From positions 1-64,000 of the IMG/VR virus record IMGVR_UViG_3300008120_000059: a stretch of DNA of 64,000 nt. One strand, given 5' to 3'. How positions within the stretch are numbered: position 1 is the first letter of the stretch; each line of letters begins with the position of its first letter. The notes under the pieces are model-generated. The model was not told the origin of the DNA, did no database searches, and worked only from the letters and a program-made list of their open reading frames with translations. Both the position numbers and the translations under genes were made by a program. This DNA comes from a virus (taxonomy: Duplodnaviria; Heunggongvirae; Uroviricota; Caudoviricetes). Shown one piece after another: positions 26,420 through 34,633 of this stretch.

Positions 26420-26883
26420 AAAATAAACAACCTACCCCCAATCATAAACTGAGGTTTATCGGTTTGATAAAAACTTAAAGTTAAGTACAAGGGATATGAT
26501 AATTTCAAATTTGCAGCGGTCTTCAATATAATTTGATTACCACCATCAACAGATAAACCCGCCCCACCTGTTAAAATTAACCATTTATAATCTTTATTTG
26601 TGTAAACGTAATTTAAAACAACATAAATTTCTTCAGGTCTACCATTGATTGTTAAAGTATTGGGGTTAAATAAATTTAATTCGGCCATCAATTTACCATA
26701 ACCAATTCCAATAAAGGCATTTGTTTTTTCTTTGGAGAATTCGTAACCCGCGGAATAATATGATGAATTACCTCTAGGACCATAAGATAATCCATAATTG
26801 AATATTCTTTGGGGTACTCTTAACCCTTGTGCCCATGTGTTGTTCATCAACAGCATACAAAATATCATTAAGAATTTTTTCAT
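26416..26883 (-). CDS. outer-membrane beta-barrel-like protein with signal peptide (155 aa)
   Basis: Signal peptide ...NNTWAQ; alternating amphipathic strands; C-terminal ...GGRLFIF ending in Phe typical of OMP barrels; 4 nt overlap with mgsA. Confidence 0.45.
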   Translation of the reverse strand: MKKFLMIFCMLLMNNTWAQGLRVPQRIFNYGLSYGPRGNSSYYSAGYEFSKEKTNAFIGIGYGKLMAELNLFNPNTLTINGRPEEIYVVLNYVYTNKDYKWLILTGGAGLSVDGGNQIILKTAANLKLSYPLYLTLSFYQTDKPQFMIGGRLFIF

Positions 26884-26947
26884 TTTTTATGATTTACATA
26901 CAAATATATTACTAGTATTTGAGATATCCAAATTTTTTTTCAAAAAA

Positions 26948-26975
26948 AAGAGGGACCGAAATCCCTCCTTACAAA
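26948..26975 (-). terminator. rho-independent terminator (GAGGGA-ccgaaa-TCCCTC)
   Basis: Hairpin with T-tract on the minus strand directly 3' of ORF 26993..28033. Confidence 0.55.
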
Positions 26976-26992
26976 TTTAGATTTGATTGTAA

Positions 26993-28033
26993 TTAAATTC
27001 TCCTCAAGGTGGCATTTTCATTGTCATAGGTTCCTCGTAAGATTTCTCTCGGTCCTTCCGACATCATTCCACTTGTCTCGTACGCCCTTTCTTCCACAAC
27101 CGCTTCAACATCACGTTCAACTACCCATTCTCTCTCTTCTCTTATATCCACATTTCTCATATCCATATCAGCTTCACCCATTGGGGATTCCATATCCGTT
27201 GGTTCTGGTAGTACCTCCATTTTGGTAAACTCTTTCAGTAACACATCCTCTTTGATTCTATCTTCTTCAGTCAACAAAGAGTTGTTGGTTACTGGGTTTT
27301 CACTAACTTCATTTTTAATGACACCCAATATAAAATCAGGTAAACCACTTTCTAATGAATCGATACGAGAATCAATTTGATTCCAAAAAGAAAATTCAGG
27401 GTCTGAGTCGAGTGATTTAAAGCAACCAACTTTTAATCCTGTTAATTTATTAATCACATAAATAAGGATACCTCTTTTGGAGTATCTTAGGAAATAATCC
27501 GGGTTATTCTCAGACGACGTACACCATTTTGTTGATGACCCATATTTCTTTGAGGCGTAAAACGTTAAAGGTCTTAAAACAATCCACTCATCTGAAGTGA
27601 ACAATGTGTGAATTTGTTTTTCCAAATCTTTCTCGAAAGCTTTAATCTCAGCGAGACTAGTCGCCGTCATTACATCGTCAAAAGATTTAAATTTAGATAA
27701 GTCATTATCTTGAATCAATCCTCTTTCATTGTAATCACAAAATTTTTGGAATGTTTTTAAATCTGAAAAATTAAAACTCTGTTCCAAAAATCTGTAAGAG
27801 CTAAAAATTTGAAATGGGGTCATTCCTTTAAAGTGGTCATCTGTAATTCCAAATTCTCTTTTTAGATTCTCACGAACTTCATTGACGTACATGTCTAAAT
27901 GTTTCGTGTTTTTTGAAAGTCGAATTAAAAATTCGATGTACTTAGATTTACCCTCAGGGCAAAAGATTTGAAAGACATCAACCATATTTATGTTGTTGTC
28001 AGGATTTTGTTTTAGTTCTTTGATTCGTGACAT
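26993..28033 (-). CDS. hypothetical protein with acidic C-terminal region (346 aa)
   Basis: Long ORF, no recognizable domain. Confidence 0.55.
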   Translation of the reverse strand: MSRIKELKQNPDNNINMVDVFQIFCPEGKSKYIEFLIRLSKNTKHLDMYVNEVRENLKREFGITDDHFKGMTPFQIFSSYRFLEQSFNFSDLKTFQKFCDYNERGLIQDNDLSKFKSFDDVMTATSLAEIKAFEKDLEKQIHTLFTSDEWIVLRPLTFYASKKYGSSTKWCTSSENNPDYFLRYSKRGILIYVINKLTGLKVGCFKSLDSDPEFSFWNQIDSRIDSLESGLPDFILGVIKNEVSENPVTNNSLLTEEDRIKEDVLLKEFTKMEVLPEPTDMESPMGEADMDMRNVDIREEREWVVERDVEAVVEERAYETSGMMSEGPREILRGTYDNENATLRRI

Positions 28034-28052
28034 ATTGTTTTAATTTAGTTTA

Positions 28053-28721
28053 TTAATAAAATTTACGTAACATTTGAACCACGTCCCAAGCGTCCTCAAG
28101 AGCGGTGTGAGCGACTTCTCCGTCAATTCCAGCACGTTCTTTACATTTTTTAAGACTTGGAATTGCGTTATCCTCATCCCATATACAATACAAAACGGAA
28201 GGGTCAATAATTCTTTGTCTGATTTTTATGAGTTTTTTCCACCACGGTAATTCTTCCAAGAACAATTTATCAAAGGTTCCAAAATTTTTACCGGCAACAT
28301 TAATTGTAAGTGATGGTGTGTGATTGTTAAAAGCCGGTATCATTGTTCCATTGACATTTCTAACATGATTATTTAGAAATGATGAATTTGGGTAGATACC
28401 ATTTAAGAATAAAAAGTCATAGAATTTTTGTGCCAGTTCATTTTCTTCCAAAAATACATAATCACTATGATGTTCCAAGTTTGCCCTATCCTCTTCGTTA
28501 CCTTCTTTATATTCACCAATTAATGATATGATTTCTTTGTTCATGGAAATCGCTCTCGGTGAACCGGTAATTTGGTTTTGAAGTACGATGGCGTTAAACT
28601 TTGGTAATTTCTCGTATGGTAATTTATTAGTGGTGTCTTCTATGATAGCACCAAAAGACAACACACTATTGTTTAACGGTTCGAGACCTGAAGTCTCAAT
28701 GTCTATTGATACATATATCAT
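28053..28721 (-). CDS. DEDDh-family 3'-5' exonuclease (oligoribonuclease/RNase T-like)
   Basis: Exo I DIETSGLEP, Exo III HTALEDAWDV (H-x4-D) motifs. Confidence 0.65.
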   Translation of the reverse strand: MIYVSIDIETSGLEPLNNSVLSFGAIIEDTTNKLPYEKLPKFNAIVLQNQITGSPRAISMNKEIISLIGEYKEGNEEDRANLEHHSDYVFLEENELAQKFYDFLFLNGIYPNSSFLNNHVRNVNGTMIPAFNNHTPSLTINVAGKNFGTFDKLFLEELPWWKKLIKIRQRIIDPSVLYCIWDEDNAIPSLKKCKERAGIDGEVAHTALEDAWDVVQMLRKFY

Positions 28722-28909
28722 CGGTCAAGTGCTTTTACAACTACAACAATCATGATGACAATAAAGATGAGGGCAAACCCACCCCATAGTGGTGCGGTCA
28801 CCCACCACCACGACCAATCAATAACACCAGTAAGTTTAAGTGTCATAAAAATTAAAAACATCAGACCGAAGAATCCCACTCCTCCTGATGACGAACTATT
28901 TTCTGCCAT
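28718..28909 (-). CDS. small membrane protein (63 aa, 2 TM)
   Basis: Two hydrophobic helices, Trp-rich linker. Confidence 0.4.
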   Translation of the reverse strand: MAENSSSSGGVGFFGLMFLIFMTLKLTGVIDWSWWWVTAPLWGGFALIFIVIMIVVVVKALDR

Positions 28910-29388
28910 TAGTGTAAATTATATTTTTCTTTTAATATTTTGATTGTTTCTTCCGCGGAAGTATGAAGAATACCTTCACCACCGTTTTCATTCCAACCGT
29001 CTATAGTATCTTTCCTATCGTCGATTAATATTGTGTATGGAGCCGCGAAATCTTTTTTATGTTTAGCACTTCTTAATATTAAAGCAACACCGGGTAACTC
29101 CCTGTTTACCCATTCCATTTTCCCAATACGGGATTCAACTTGTCTTGATGGTGCAGATAAAAGGGTTGGATTATACTTGGAAATGTGTTCCCACAAAATG
29201 TGACCGTCAGGTTCAATCCATTTCAAATTGACCCAAAAATCATATCCCGCCTTTTCTATTGGTGCCCAAAATTGTGAGTCGTTACGATGTTCGTCTTTGT
29301 TCAAATCAATACCAGTAAGGTCTTTATAACCTTGGTTGAAATCTATTAAGACCCCATCTAAATCACAAAAAATAGTATACTTTGTCAT
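28909..29388 (-). CDS. 5'(3')-deoxyribonucleotidase (NT5C-family HAD phosphatase)
   Basis: FCDLDGVLIDF (DxDGV) motif and overall similarity to NT5C-type phage nucleotidases. Confidence 0.65.
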   Translation of the reverse strand: MTKYTIFCDLDGVLIDFNQGYKDLTGIDLNKDEHRNDSQFWAPIEKAGYDFWVNLKWIEPDGHILWEHISKYNPTLLSAPSRQVESRIGKMEWVNRELPGVALILRSAKHKKDFAAPYTILIDDRKDTIDGWNENGGEGILHTSAEETIKILKEKYNLH

Positions 29389-29452
29389 TTGAAATACTTC
29401 TATGACAAGTATAAGAATAAATTTTTAAAATAAAAAATTTTAAAGAGTAATT

Positions 29453-29791
29453 TTAATAATCATCATTGTCAGAATCCTCAACAAAATCATTGTAGTAGGT
29501 GTCTTCCTCTTCTTCTGTGAGTTCTTCCCCCTCGAATTCATCTATCTCCAATTCAGCGTACAAGGCCTCGTAGACCATATCTTCTGTTAACCAAGTTGGT
29601 AATTCATCAACTTCGTTGTTTGGTTCATATGATTTAATATCAACCTCATTGTTATCCATAAATAAATTATCATCTTCATCTGAATCATCTTTATTTATGT
29701 ATTCATAGGTTACGAATAATTCAAATTCCTCGTCAGTGTCTGGATGAAAAACAGTAATTACTCGAGTATTTAATCCTTTTTTGTTTGCCAT
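29453..29791 (-). CDS. highly acidic protein (112 aa)
   Basis: About 35% D/E with runs DSDEDDN, EEEED. Confidence 0.5.
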   Translation of the reverse strand: MANKKGLNTRVITVFHPDTDEEFELFVTYEYINKDDSDEDDNLFMDNNEVDIKSYEPNNEVDELPTWLTEDMVYEALYAELEIDEFEGEELTEEEEDTYYNDFVEDSDNDDY

Positions 29792-29817
29792 TTTAATTAT
29801 GAAATATTTATTATTAT

Positions 29818-30318
29818 ATGTTTAAGTATATATCTGAAATATTATCAAAATTCACACAGAGACAAAGAATTGTTGCTCTGTCAATTTTGTTATTTTCAAT
29901 TATAATTATCTCGGTTGGACCCAAAATCACTGAGTCTTTAACATATAATGACGAAGAACTGAAATTAAGGATAGAATCCCAAAACAATCAGATTGTACAA
30001 CTAAACAATAGAATTGATGAGTTAAACAACCAAGTAATAGAAAATCAAAGAGAGTGTACCAATGAAATGGTTAAAAGGGAAAATGAGATATTAACTATTA
30101 TAAGTGATATTGAAAACTATACCAATAAAATGAAAAACGAGACAAGAGTAGTAAACTCAATGTCTCGTAAAACCTATAATATTAATGATGATAGTTCCGT
30201 AAGAGTGATGGCGATGCTTCCTGAATCATCTAACACCACCACTATTATTAATAATAAAAGGGATGAGAAATTAATTGGGATGATAAGGAACTTGAAGAAA
30301 AAAGTTAAGGACCAATAA
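29818..30318 (+). CDS. membrane-anchored coiled-coil protein (166 aa)
   Basis: N-terminal TM helix then heptad-like Q/N/E-rich region. Confidence 0.5.
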   Translation: MFKYISEILSKFTQRQRIVALSILLFSIIIISVGPKITESLTYNDEELKLRIESQNNQIVQLNNRIDELNNQVIENQRECTNEMVKRENEILTIISDIENYTNKMKNETRVVNSMSRKTYNINDDSSVRVMAMLPESSNTTTIINNKRDEKLIGMIRNLKKKVKDQ

Positions 30319-30319
30319 T

Positions 30320-30553
30320 TTACTTGGTTGCAATTATTTCACCGGTTTCAACATCAGTTACGTATATTTTTCCATCGTCACCTTTACCAATAGCCACAGT
30401 TCTTTTTAATTCTTGTTCATCTTCGTACTCCTGAGCACCTGGTAATTCCTCGGGCTGTGCTTGAGTATCGAAATCATCAAACTCAGCTTCGTTGATTGTT
30501 CTTTTTACAATATTTTCTAAATCTTTGATTGATAATTTAACTACTTTTTTCAT
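30320..30553 (-). CDS. small acidic protein (77 aa)
   Basis: D/E rich ORF. Confidence 0.45.
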   Translation of the reverse strand: MKKVVKLSIKDLENIVKRTINEAEFDDFDTQAQPEELPGAQEYEDEQELKRTVAIGKGDDGKIYVTDVETGEIIATK

Positions 30554-30587
30554 TTTTTCTTTTATCTATAAATATCGTATGTAAACA

Positions 30588-30615
30588 AAAAACCCCTCTT
30601 TCGAGGGGTTCTTTT
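30588..30615. terminator. bidirectional rho-independent terminator (CCCCTC-tttcga-GAGGGG)
   Basis: GC stem with A-run 5' and T-run 3'. Confidence 0.6.
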
Positions 30616-31466
30616 TATTTAATACCTATCATCGTATTATTTTTGTCACCTAACATGGTTTCGGGTAACTTCCCATTCCATTTATTAATCCATTCAAGTT
30701 GTAGGAGTAAAGGTGTAATTGTTTGTTGTTTCATCCGATTGGCTTCGGATTCCGCTTTAGCCGCGGTCAACATTGCTTGAGCATTACCATTGGCGGTTGC
30801 AATTTTAATCTTGGCTTGAGCTTCCGCAGTTTTTACCTCATTTTCCGCCCTTAACGCTGCTTGGACCGCATTGTTCTTGGCTTCAATGGACTTCTTAAAT
30901 GTCTCAGGGTAAATCAAATTTGAGGTGAATTGGTTTATCACAAACCCTTCTTTTAAAAGTTGACTTTCCAATAGTTTACGAACCTCAACTTCAAACACCG
31001 CCCTATTCGAGATTAGTTCATCAGCAGTGTACTTATTTGTTGCTAAACGAAACGCGTCATATACTGCGGTCTTTAAAAATCCCTCCTCAATTTCAGGTAA
31101 TGACCTACGATACTTTGAAAATATTGTGGGTACTTTTTCTCTTTGAACCGAATAGTTCATAATTGGGGATACTTGAAACTCAGAACCGTCTTTTGAGTTT
31201 ACAACAAATGAATTATCAGATTCCTCAGTTTTCTTATACTCTTTGTGTTGAATATAGGTTGGGAATTCATAAATCTTTGTTGTGAAGGGGTTGTAGAATA
31301 CCATACCTGTACATTCGGTGACATCATCAACACCCTTTCCATCACCATATAGATTTACTTTTACACCGACGTGACCGGCGTCAATTCTCTCACAAGAGAA
31401 AAACAATAAGGTTAGGATAATGAATCCTAAAATTCCGAAAATTAATCGTTTCAAAAATGGTTCCAT
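30615..31466 (-). CDS. SPFH/band-7 (prohibitin/HflC-like) domain protein, membrane anchored
   Basis: N-terminal TM; GHVGVKVN...; Ala/Glu/Lys-rich coiled region typical of SPFH proteins. Confidence 0.65.
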   Translation of the reverse strand: MEPFLKRLIFGILGFIILTLLFFSCERIDAGHVGVKVNLYGDGKGVDDVTECTGMVFYNPFTTKIYEFPTYIQHKEYKKTEESDNSFVVNSKDGSEFQVSPIMNYSVQREKVPTIFSKYRRSLPEIEEGFLKTAVYDAFRLATNKYTADELISNRAVFEVEVRKLLESQLLKEGFVINQFTSNLIYPETFKKSIEAKNNAVQAALRAENEVKTAEAQAKIKIATANGNAQAMLTAAKAESEANRMKQQTITPLLLQLEWINKWNGKLPETMLGDKNNTMIGIK

Positions 31467-31469
31467 AAT

Positions 31470-31814
31470 TTATTTAGTTTGTTTTTTAATTTTAATTGTT
31501 GTTTTAGATTTTCTTTCTTTTTTGGTAACTTTCTTTGGATTATAATCCAATTCCGTCTCAGGTGTTTTATTTGGGTCCGGTGTGAAGAGTTCAAAAGGTT
31601 CATCATTAAAGTACATAAACCTAATATAAAAAACCGCAAACATTGCCGTACCCACCGAAAAAATCGCTGAGATTATGTTGATTATCGTATTTGCAACGGT
31701 TAATCCAGGAAAGATTAAAAATTGATAAGAAATTCCAATGAAGAAAAATACCAAAAAGGTAATCGTTGTTTTGGATTTTATAATATTGGTGAAGATTTTG
31801 TTTAACATGTTCAT
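31470..31814 (-). CDS. membrane protein (114 aa), possible SPFH partner
   Basis: Two TM helices; abuts SPFH gene. Confidence 0.45.
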   Translation of the reverse strand: MNMLNKIFTNIIKSKTTITFLVFFFIGISYQFLIFPGLTVANTIINIISAIFSVGTAMFAVFYIRFMYFNDEPFELFTPDPNKTPETELDYNPKKVTKKERKSKTTIKIKKQTK

Positions 31815-31852
31815 TAATTAAATTATATGAAATATTTTTTAAAGTAAAAAAT

Positions 31853-32524
31853 TTAACCTACAACATTTTTCATGTCGTCATTGTGATGGTCTATATCCCC
31901 CAATTCAGAACCAATCGGAACCTTCAACATTGGATTTAAAACCTCATGTACAAAGTCATATGGTCTGAACTCAGGGTGTCCATCCATACCAACATCCATT
32001 CTTCTCCCACCACTAACTTTTAAGTGGTTAGGTAAATGACAGTGTCCGTGTAAATGGATTCTACCCTTTCTCAGATTGTTCCACGAACTGATAGGATAAT
32101 GTAACATCTCGAATGAATGCCCTTGGTATTCAAGTCTATTGTAATGACTTACACTGGTAAATAAACTCTGACAATTCTCACGGTTTCTTTCAATGTGATG
32201 GTCATGGTTACCCAATAGGATGTGAATCTCTTGACAAACGATTCTATGTCTGAATTCCGCTATATTATCAAACCCACCGAATGACCAATCACCCAAGTGA
32301 ATCAAAACATCATCCTGTCCAACAACCTCATTGATGTTGTTTACAATCGCGGCGTTCATCTTATCAAGAGTTGCGAAGTCTCTCGTTTGATTAACGGGAA
32401 TACTACCGTCAGGCATTCTCCAATTAGTAATTCCTCTACATATATTAGTATGTGAGTAATGCGTGTCAGACGTTATCCAAACTTTTCTATTGTTATCTAT
32501 TCTTAACATATTAACTAAAATCAA
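31853..32524 (-). CDS. calcineurin-like metallophosphoesterase
   Basis: SDTHYSH, GDWSFGG, GNHDHH, GHCH motifs. Confidence 0.65.
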   Translation of the reverse strand: MILVNMLRIDNNRKVWITSDTHYSHTNICRGITNWRMPDGSIPVNQTRDFATLDKMNAAIVNNINEVVGQDDVLIHLGDWSFGGFDNIAEFRHRIVCQEIHILLGNHDHHIERNRENCQSLFTSVSHYNRLEYQGHSFEMLHYPISSWNNLRKGRIHLHGHCHLPNHLKVSGGRRMDVGMDGHPEFRPYDFVHEVLNPMLKVPIGSELGDIDHHNDDMKNVVG

Positions 32525-33038
32525 CTGATGTACTCACACGAAGTCCATCGATTATTAAATCATCATATTTTTCGTTGTCCATCCAAAACATTCCGTGGCC
32601 TTTCGACCTTTGGTCTCTCCTGTATTCTTCATTTACAACCCAACCATCTGGTTGACCCCACTCAAGAGCCATGGTGATAAACTCTTCAACATTCCATTCT
32701 TCACCATATTCATCCACAATTCTTCCTGAACGAATAAATGAAAGTAGTTCTTCTTTATTTGAATAATGTTTATTATTATGAAAATTCCAACAAAACTTCC
32801 ACCCACCACTTCTTTTACCTAAATGAATTGATGTACCATCTCTGAATATGTCCCAAGGGCTAACTATCTCCCAAGATTCTTTAAATGGGTCAATAAAGGG
32901 AAATCCACGTTCAATATCACTAGGTGACATTGTCATCTTTTCTATATCTCTTTGGAGACGTGATTTACGTGACTCCATTTCCTCTGCGGTCGGTATACGA
33001 TAATAATTTGTACCCATTTTAAAATTAATATGGGCCAA
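32511..33038 (-). CDS. hypothetical protein (175 aa)
   Basis: ORF; conserved-looking HLGKRSGGWKFCW block. Confidence 0.5.
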   Translation of the reverse strand: MAHINFKMGTNYYRIPTAEEMESRKSRLQRDIEKMTMSPSDIERGFPFIDPFKESWEIVSPWDIFRDGTSIHLGKRSGGWKFCWNFHNNKHYSNKEELLSFIRSGRIVDEYGEEWNVEEFITMALEWGQPDGWVVNEEYRRDQRSKGHGMFWMDNEKYDDLIIDGLRVSTSVDFS

Positions 33039-33077
33039 ATATATGAAATAATTTTGGATATACCAAAATATTGCAAA

Positions 33078-33104
33078 AAAAAATCCCGATTTCTCGGGAT
33101 TTAA
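33078..33104 (-). terminator. rho-independent terminator (ATCCCGA-tttc-TCGGGAT)
   Basis: Hairpin with T-tract on minus strand 3' of ORF 33117..34310. Confidence 0.6.
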
Positions 33105-33116
33105 TTTGGTTTTAAT

Positions 33117-34310
33117 TTATTTGACCACTTTTTGAACTATTCGACTCACCAATTTATTTTTTATTGATTCGTTAAGTTCATTTTGGTTTGGACCCCCAAC
33201 TTGGTATCTTTTTACTGTTGCGCTTTTAAGATTGTCTTTTGGATTTAATGATAAAATCTGTGTTTTTAAATCATTAATAACTTCCATTAACGCATCCACA
33301 ACTTGTTTATCGTTCATTACCGTATAATTATCATTGAATGTTGTTCCAGGTCTAAGTTGTGCGGTTGCAGATGATTGAATTAATTTATCATCGAGAAACC
33401 CACCTTTTAATCCACTTTCGCTTTCAAGTTTTTTACCTAACTTGGTTTGAGCTCTAGCGGTCCACGCAAAACTATTTTCACCAATTAATTCTCCTTTAAG
33501 TTCAAAATCCATTCTAACTGTAACGTCTATGTTTTTTTCCTCAAGACCATATGCGTCTAACATATATTTTGGTGTTTTACCAGCATATTGTTTCAACATT
33601 TTTTTGTCTGCTCTCCAGTTATTGTAATTTTTATTGTACTGACGAGCCATATAAAATGTTTTCATTTCATCAGTATCTTTACCCTGAACTCGAGCCACTG
33701 CCGATAATAAAAAATCCCTTACTGTTGGGTAAGCATTATAGTTATGTGTTGAGTATTCAATTAATTGATTTGTAAATTTACCATATTGGTCGACATTCTT
33801 TCTATCTCTAGCAACCACAGCAGGAATACTTCTTTTGTTAAGTTCTTGAACAAACGATTCGTCTTCAAAAGTATTTGCAATGATTGTGAATAGTCTTCTC
33901 TTAATTGTTTCTTGTTCTTTATATGTGTCACCTGTGGGTTTATATCCACCCTCAACATATTTTTCAATAGGTCTATGGTACTTTCCTCTCTTACAAGCGG
34001 CTAATTGTGGTTCTAAATTGTGGAGTTCTTTGATTTTTTCTAAGAATTCTTTGTTTGCATTTTTAAACGCTTCAAGTTCCTGACAATCTAATGGTACCAC
34101 TAATATCTCACCACCCTCTTGTAAGGTGGGGTTTGCAATCCAATAATCAGGGATATCTGTGTCATTATCTTCTTTGAAGAAAGGTTTATATTTTACTAGT
34201 TTACCTTTGTCATCCCTGACACCCTTTTGTTTGTATGCCATTTCCTCCACATCAGAGATATAAGATTCAGAAATGATACGTCTTAAATATTTTTCGGTTA
34301 ATTTATCCAT
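33117..34310 (-). CDS. hypothetical protein (397 aa)
   Basis: Long ORF, no recognizable domain. Confidence 0.55.
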   Translation of the reverse strand: MDKLTEKYLRRIISESYISDVEEMAYKQKGVRDDKGKLVKYKPFFKEDNDTDIPDYWIANPTLQEGGEILVVPLDCQELEAFKNANKEFLEKIKELHNLEPQLAACKRGKYHRPIEKYVEGGYKPTGDTYKEQETIKRRLFTIIANTFEDESFVQELNKRSIPAVVARDRKNVDQYGKFTNQLIEYSTHNYNAYPTVRDFLLSAVARVQGKDTDEMKTFYMARQYNKNYNNWRADKKMLKQYAGKTPKYMLDAYGLEEKNIDVTVRMDFELKGELIGENSFAWTARAQTKLGKKLESESGLKGGFLDDKLIQSSATAQLRPGTTFNDNYTVMNDKQVVDALMEVINDLKTQILSLNPKDNLKSATVKRYQVGGPNQNELNESIKNKLVSRIVQKVVK

Positions 34311-34353
34311 AGAAATAATTCTTTACATATAAATACAACCAAAAACAGAATTG

Positions 34354-34578
34354 TTAATACTTATCGGACAATCTTCTGACTTTTTCACCCAATTCCATAT
34401 CGTTTGGTGTATCCCTAATTAAATCAATTGGAACACATAAGTTTTTAGTCTCATCGGAACGATTACATTTCTCACACAATTGACCTAATCCCTCAACGTA
34501 ACCGTATCTCAAATCAATATGAGTTTCAAATTCATATGGTGTCTCAACACCACAAATTACACAGGTATCTTTTGCCAT
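34354..34578 (-). CDS. zinc-ribbon protein (74 aa)
   Basis: CVICG ... CEKC cysteine pairs. Confidence 0.45.
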   Translation of the reverse strand: MAKDTCVICGVETPYEFETHIDLRYGYVEGLGQLCEKCNRSDETKNLCVPIDLIRDTPNDMELGEKVRRLSDKY

Positions 34579-34633
34579 AACTTTTTGTTTTATGAAAAGA
34601 TATGAAAGAAAAAGAAAAAGTAAAATTAATTTT

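Noticed and set aside
28718-28909. Holin assignment for the 2-TM small protein
   Set aside because: No adjacent endolysin (PG hydrolases are 3 kb and 6 kb away, separated by unrelated genes). Topology alone is insufficient.
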